This document shows, piece after piece, positions 35,082 through 41,579 of a stretch of DNA of 41,579 nt (position 1 is the first letter of the stretch; every line of letters begins with the position of its first letter). The notes beneath the pieces are model-generated. The model saw only the letters and a program-made list of their open reading frames with translations, searched no databases and was not told the DNA's origin. The stretch is from Sphaeroforma arctica JP610 (lineage: Eukaryota), in the NCBI RefSeq assembly GCF_001186125.1, contig NW_014040186.1, positions 12,988-54,566 on the forward strand. Reading direction: 5' to 3'. A program made the position numbers and the translations under genes.

Positions 35082-38000
35082 GTGCAAGAACGCATCCCCG
35101 ATCAAGATAGCCATGGCAATTGCCATACTGGTGACGATATACCCCGCAGGGCTGCTGTTCTCGCTGTTGGGCTGGACCATCATGGCAATCAGCTGCTTCA
35201 CTATGGACGACCCAGGCACCACCAGTTCAATGGTAGGTACCAGAAGACACACGGGCGCACAGTCCATGGAGCGCAGCAACGACCGCATAAAGCGCTTGCA
35301 CAACAGACCGCTCACAACAGTCATTGTGAACACTCCCATGCCCGTCGCCAACGCCGAGGGTATCTCGGAGATGGCGCTGGCTACCTGTGTGGTTGGAGGG
35401 AGTGCCACGCAGATAGGATAGGCGTGAATAATAGGGGCAAGCATATACATGAGGGCGGGTTTTGTGCTTTCTGGGTTTGTATGCGCACATGTGCGGGTCT
35501 CACAGGGGGAGTGAGAAGTGCTATGTGGGCGTTGGCACGATTATCCTGATGGTCCTGGCGCTATGACTAGAACGGAAGGATTCTGGGCTATCGGACTGAC
35601 TCTGTGTGTGAGAGGGTGCACCAGAAAGTGCTGATAGACAGGTGGATGTATACTTTACGGCTTTGGGAATAAACCACCACGTTTCTAATTTAACGGAAGG
35701 TCCATGCACGCAACGCTACTCCAAATTTGAACACGAAACTCACTACAGAAGTCTATTTTAAGCCCACCGCCTTGGTAGACCGGCGGAGCCGTACGCGTAT
35801 GCCCACACTTGCTATCAACAAACTTAACACATGGCAATGCACATAACCACACCTGGATGACCAAACAGGTGAAGAACTGCACCACAAAGAATGGGAGGTA
35901 CATCCTCGGCGGAATGTTGTAGCACAGAATTGCGGCCGGATAGAGCAGCGCGTACGCGGGGATACGATAGGCCCGGTGCATCGATATTACGGCATTTTCA
36001 CAAGGATCAAATACTGCCCCTACTATATATTTATATGTATATATATATATATAGAGAGATAGAGAGAGAGAGAGAGACACAATCAAGGGTGTGAGTAACG
36101 GTATGAGTATATAAAAACGCGTAGGCAGTGGGAGGAAAAGAGAAAGGTGCGCCGTAACACACCTTGTCCCACACTTACGCATCTATGGTACGTGTGATGG
36201 GCCAATTAAATATCTGTTCAGATAGTCAATGCGCGACTATGTACGAAAGTACGTTGATGCAAAGGCAAGCGAGTGGGCTTTACTTCACCGGGCAAGGCCT
36301 TTAGACGACGAACATTGTAATTCCAGATACATATGATACTGCGCATCGGGTTGTTTTTTTGAAGTTCGAAAAACAAAGCAACGATCAATTTCCACCACAA
36401 GGGCAGGATAGGTATACAGCCAAGCCATTCGCAGCATACACAGCGTACTACAATAGAAGGCACACACAACTGCTCACACCTTCGACTTCCTGGAAGAAGA
36501 ATATGAGATATGCAGCGAACATCAGAGCCACGGCCAACATATGACCCACTACCAGAGAGTAGGTGTACCGAACTCCACCGACCGAGAGCAGCCCCGACAC
36601 CATCTCCAGCACTGAGAACGAGATGGTCACACCGGGAAAGAAAAAGGCGGTGCTGCCCAGGGCTAAGCTAAAGCTGCACCCGCTCGTCTGCCATCCTGAG
36701 TGTAGTGGGTGTGTGTGGTGGGGGGGTGTATGGGATGGGTGTGTGTGGGGGGGGTATATGGGATGGGTGTGTGTGTAGGGGGGTATATGGGATGGGTGTG
36801 TTGGGGGGTGGGGTATATGGGATGGGTGTGTGGGGGGAGGGCATATGGGATGGGTGTGTGGGGTAAGGGTATATGGGATGGGTGTGTGTGTGGAGGGGTT
36901 ATAGTGGGATGGGTGTGTTAGGGGNNNNNNNNNNNNNNNNNNNNTATGGGATGGGTGTGTGGGGGGGAGGGTATATGGGATAGGTGTGTGGGGGGGTATA
37001 TGGGGATATGTGAGGGAGAGGATGAGATAGGGGGCAGGTGCATTACTGAGGCTGCCTTGGTGGATGTTCGGTGGATGGAGTGTCGCGGGTGGACTGTAGT
37101 GAGGGCAACATGGCGTAAACCGATCAGGAACCTCAAAGATATACAAATACATAAATCGAGGACAAGTGTAGTGGTCAGCTGTTGACTGTACCAGCACATA
37201 CAAACAAAGTAGAAAGGATCAAATCAATACTAAGTGCAAACGAAGAAACAAGCAAATATATACAAATGCAGAAATCGAGGACAGGTGTAGTGGTCAGCTG
37301 CAGACTGTACCAGCACATACAAATAAAGAAAAAAGGATTAGATCAATACTAAGTTAGAAAAGAAGAAATCACAGACAAGTCATTGAACGACAGGACATAT
37401 ATCTCACCTAAATAGACAAACAAGGAGCACCAGAGACCGGCGATAAAGGCGCAGACGAAGGTCGTCAGTTTCTCAATAGACTGGAGGTATCTGTGGGGAT
37501 GAGAAGGAGCGGAGAGCAACGCAAATGGCGAATAAGGCTAACGAAGACAATGGTAACAGCAACTGGGGCGATATACAGAGAGTGTGTATATAGATTGCCC
37601 AGTTGCAATCATCTTGGCACACCAGAATGGAAGCGCTGAAAGGAAGAAGAAAACCCCGCACAGTGATACTATGAAACTCTTAAAAAAAAACGTATGAACA
37701 CGTGCGCTGTAGCAGGAAGACGCCAGGCGTTCGGACCTTGGTCGTCAAGCAACGGAGCAAGTGTGTAGGTACGATCCGCTACGCAATAGGGTATTGGTAC
37801 ATCAGTTAAACATCTAATGGATCTGCCGACATTGGGCTGTGGGCCAATGCATCGATGTCAGCCCCATGACACACGGGCAGCAGAGCTGGAGCACAGGTAG
37901 AGCTCAGTATGTCACGAGGGTTCAGTACGAACGATACACCCAACTGTACATGCACGGGTGTACACACACACAACTGTATGAAAGTGTGCAGAATGCCCCA

Positions 38001-40211
38001 GACACAAGTAGTTGGGTCTGTTATTACACATCGCGAGTTATGATAACTACTGCCAGCGAATATAGCGTGTGTGGACAAATTCGAGAGATTAGTCTGGTAC
38101 TCACCCGTACGACTGCAAGCCCAGCACCAGGCTATTAAAGCCACCGGTTATAATTCCGAGGTAGATGCAACTCAGATCCCCACCAAAGAAGAATATAGCA
38201 AAGCCTATCGCATAGGGAACCTACGGACAGTGCATGCAGCAACAAGAGCGCGTCATATGAGACCTCGGTGCACGGCAGGCTTACAAGTGTACCATATAGC
38301 ATCCATGACAAGGTGAAGATGTAGCGCTGTTGCATATTTTGGGCTGTGCCACTGAATGTCGAGGTATTCGTGCATGGAACAATTGCAGATGGGTTCAATT
38401 GGTAATACGGCTCGATCGTACTAGCCCAATGTCTACTACCAACAGCAGTGTTTTTAGGAGGTGGCTTTCAAACGGTACACTAGGTGGTGCTAAATAGCCA
38501 CATCTGCAACATCAAACGCCCCGACAATGGCGATGTATATGCCAAACCATGGCTTCGAACAATGACAACGCATATGTTAAAAACATGCTAAATAACGCCT
38601 CCTGAAGACAATGCCCCGAAGGGAACTACTGCCGCGCTATATTCAAAGCGTTTAACGCTGAGTGGCAGACCATTGTGCTTAGGTGAGTGTGCTCGACTGA
38701 CATACCTGGCATAAATGTCTGAGAGGGCGCGCATATAGTTCTTTAAGGAGCTGGATCTCTGCGATCTTCGCCTCCGCATAGTCGAGATCGGCGAATCCCT
38801 TGATGATTTTCTGTAGTAAAGGCAACACAAGGGAAACAGCCGACCGAAGTATTGAGTGCGTGTCAGTGGTATTAATCTGAGGGCCAATGTCTAAACGAGT
38901 ATATACCTATACATACAGTCCGTAATAACATGCATCGCCACATCACCGCTCCGAGTTTAAGGTGTCACGTGTCGAATGCACGATGAAACTACCCCCTATG
39001 CATTGGTTTGAGTGTGTGTGCAAGTGAATGTACCAGCAAACGAGAACATCGAATAGTGTACATGCATTACATACGATGGCCAGTTTCCGAACGCGCGCCA
39101 GCCTATCCATGTTGACGCTCTTATCCACATCTGTTGTGGTCAAGCGGTTCGGATGAGTACCCATGTATATACGAGACAAATAGCACCACAACTGTCATCG
39201 TAGGACTGCTGGTACCCTAGAAAGCGTAGGTGCAAAAACAAGGAACTCGCAGAATCAACCACTCGAGCACAAATAGGTAAACATACTCACAAACTCGGTA
39301 TTCCGACCAGTAATGAGGAAGAATCCTGTTGGGGCGAGACGGATCGATGTTTCATGGTTGCCTGCGTCGAACGGTGCCACAAGGAAAGTCAGGTGACAAT
39401 ATCTAATCCAACTTTATTCCTACAACCCCTCCCCCGAGTCACTCATATGGGGCATGGGGGTTCTTCAAAGGTGCTAGAGTGAGTATATGTGTGCCACGTC
39501 TGTCTGTGTAGGTACGGAGAGGTCTCCATGTAGAAGACCTAAATGTATGTAAAACCCTAAAACCCAAAGTATGTAAAACCCTAAAACCCAAATGTATGCA
39601 AAACCCTAAAACCAAAACTGGTACAGTGTATGTATACACGTACACTGTAGACAGTATATTATAAAGTACAGGCGCACTACATAAACAGGTACACACACGC
39701 GCACTCTATAAACAGGCACACACATGCGCACTCTATAAACAGGCACACACACGCGCACATTATCAATTGGACACACATATAGACACACACACGTTCACAT
39801 GTTCATTTAAAAACACATACACACACACACACGTGTACGTTTTCAGCACGCACACACAGCATGATACATACGCAAATGCACACGCGCACGTTTATAAGCC
39901 CCTACCAAAAGATTGTGCCAAGTAGAAAGAAAACTCCTCAAGGCTATGCGCTGGACTACCGTACTTATACAGATCATGAATCAGCCATTTCAGTAGATCG
40001 TATCTGTATTTAAAAAAGAAAACAAGAAAAATACCGATGCAAAACGGTCAGGTTTTAGGGTCATAAGGATCTAACGATTGCCCTACTACAATCGCTTTTN
40101 NNNNNNNNNNNNNNNNNNNNNNNNNNNNNNNNNNNNNNNNNNNNNNNNNNNNNNNNNNNNNNNNNNNNNNNNNNNNNNNNNNNNNNNATATATATATATA
40201 TGCATATATAC

Positions 40212-40310
<99 letters not shown>

Positions 40311-40790
40311 AATATCCAATTCACTGGCACATAACCCCCATTCTCTACCAACAAACCCGTATGCTGCAGAAGGATGAACCTATGCATACAGAGCGGGGGC
40401 AGTCACACAACATATACCCTCCCGATATGAAACATATAAGCCATTTCTCAGTGCCCCCAGTACTTCTACACACACATCAGTGCATATTCTGAACACGGAC
40501 TTTCTCGTCCCTGTCACTCAACATACTTCCGACTGTTTTCCTTCTCTTCTAACAGGGCTGTTGCTTCAGCCGATGACAGCTTCTGTGAAGTTGACTGGGA
40601 TTTGCTCGGCGTCTTGACAAACGCAGTGGTGTCGAGCGTGGCCTCAGACTGGTCTGATAGCGCCGGGTCAAAACTCACCCCAGAAAACCCGCGCTTATCC
40701 GACACTTTGGATCTCAGCGGCTCTTGCACAGTGTTTGCTGGGTGGACAAGAAAGGAAAACGACAACTGCATTGAATTACAAGCCACCCAT
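35082..40790 (-). CDS. Multi-exon ThrE / Prm10 (DUF1212)-family membrane protein; exon model approximate
   Basis: Exon peptides: RYDLLKWLIHDLYKYGSPAHSLEEF (~39905-40003; cf. L..YG.P.HR.E), VNMDRLARVRKLA, DLDYAEAKIAEI, IEKLTTFVCAFIAGLW, FFFPGVTISFSVLEMVSGLLSVGGVRYTYS and LVVPGSS...MAIAMAILIG. GT-AG junctions are visible. Confidence 0.8.
36703..37010. repeat. G-rich minisatellite (gggtatatgggatgggtgtgtg), intronic, containing an N gap
   Basis: About 10 units of 25-30 bp; Ns at 36925-36944. Confidence 0.9.
37141..37358. repeat. ~120-bp tandem duplication, intronic
   Basis: aaatcgaggaca.gtgtagtggtcagctg..gactgtaccagcacatacaaa occurs twice. Confidence 0.85.
39541..39760. repeat. Short intronic tandem repeats (24-bp aaaaccctaaaaccc units; ~26-bp ataaacaggcacacac units)
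   Basis: Seen directly, 3 copies of each. Confidence 0.8.
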
Positions 40791-41579
40791 AGCTGAAGGG
40801 CTTTTTAGTCTCCCAGGCCGTCTGTATAGGGATTAAAAGAGAGCGGGAATAGTGCCAAGCCTTGCAAGATAACCGTATTTGTAGGCGTTATTGCGTGCAG
40901 CGTGTTGCGCATGGGGGATACTGAGCATGAGGCGCGAGTTCAGCGACCACTACCTACACAACAGCCGCGTCTGTGGGATGGGGTTGGCCTGGTCATGTGC
41001 TTTAGGGGCCGATCCACCGAATACTCAATCTAGGAACACTACCGCCGATTCCGACACAGTGAAGTACAAAGAGACCTCGTTTATGTTTGTTGGAACGCCC
41101 ATGAACTGTAACCATAAATACCGCTAATACGTATATCAACACTACCTACCGGATATAGGCGTTGGTTGTGGTATACTCTGAGGGGCTGGGGCCAGGTCAC
41201 CTGACTGGCCAACGAGCGTGCTCCTCGTATACGTATCCAGAAACGATCTACAGTAGAAATGAACGGGTACTCGAAGATAAGCTTAGAAATGTTATTAGTA
41301 GAAATGGCGGGATTGATTACATAGTTGCAGCCAAACTCATGATATACGGGTCCATATTAAAGGGAATTCATAGACAGGTATATGTCAATACTGTGTTTGT
41401 GTAGTGCTTTAGACTGTGCTTTCATGACTTAACATGTGCCACACATGCCGCTAATACTCAACCCTACTATGTATTCGAGTAAGCAGCTGATGATAAAAAT
41501 TGATCATTATGTGCATATATATGAATACAATTGATCAAGAATGCATATAGTTTGATATCTCTATTTGCATTTATATATA

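Noticed and set aside
39541..39615. CCCTAAAA units as a telomere
   Set aside because: Only three interrupted units, inside an intron.
34882..40387. YIYIYI, CVCV and HPSH-rich ORFs in the ORF track
   Set aside because: They are translations of microsatellites and minisatellites, some crossing N gaps.

Overview
Eukaryotic genomic DNA with GT-AG introns, (TA)n/(CA)n microsatellites and N gaps. It resembles a unicellular holozoan or protist genome, but the organism cannot be established from the sequence. Bases 1-~26,400 are a nested graveyard of mobile elements. (1) A PIF1/Helitron-type helicase remnant. (2) Many minus-strand fragments of a dispersed repeat whose translations resemble a Fanzor (eukaryotic TnpB) C-terminus, followed by a sharply ending conserved 3' tail. 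(3) An ISL2EU/Harbinger-type DDE transposase C-terminus facing a convergent, intron-containing Exo1/XPG-nuclease-SAP-SWIM pseudogene. (4) A MITE-like inverted repeat and a very decayed non-LTR RT. (5) An LTR retrotransposon (15049-25332, minus strand, CTAAC target-site duplication) containing a second Ty3/Gypsy element (plus strand). The second element holds an inverted segment in which Gypsy RNase H is fused to a Dam-like N6-adenine methyltransferase. Bases ~28,500-40,800 hold a long minus-strand multi-exon host gene: a ThrE/Prm10-family membrane protein that appears to splice on into C2-domain exons and a low-complexity tail. All family assignments come from motif recognition by eye; no searches were run.
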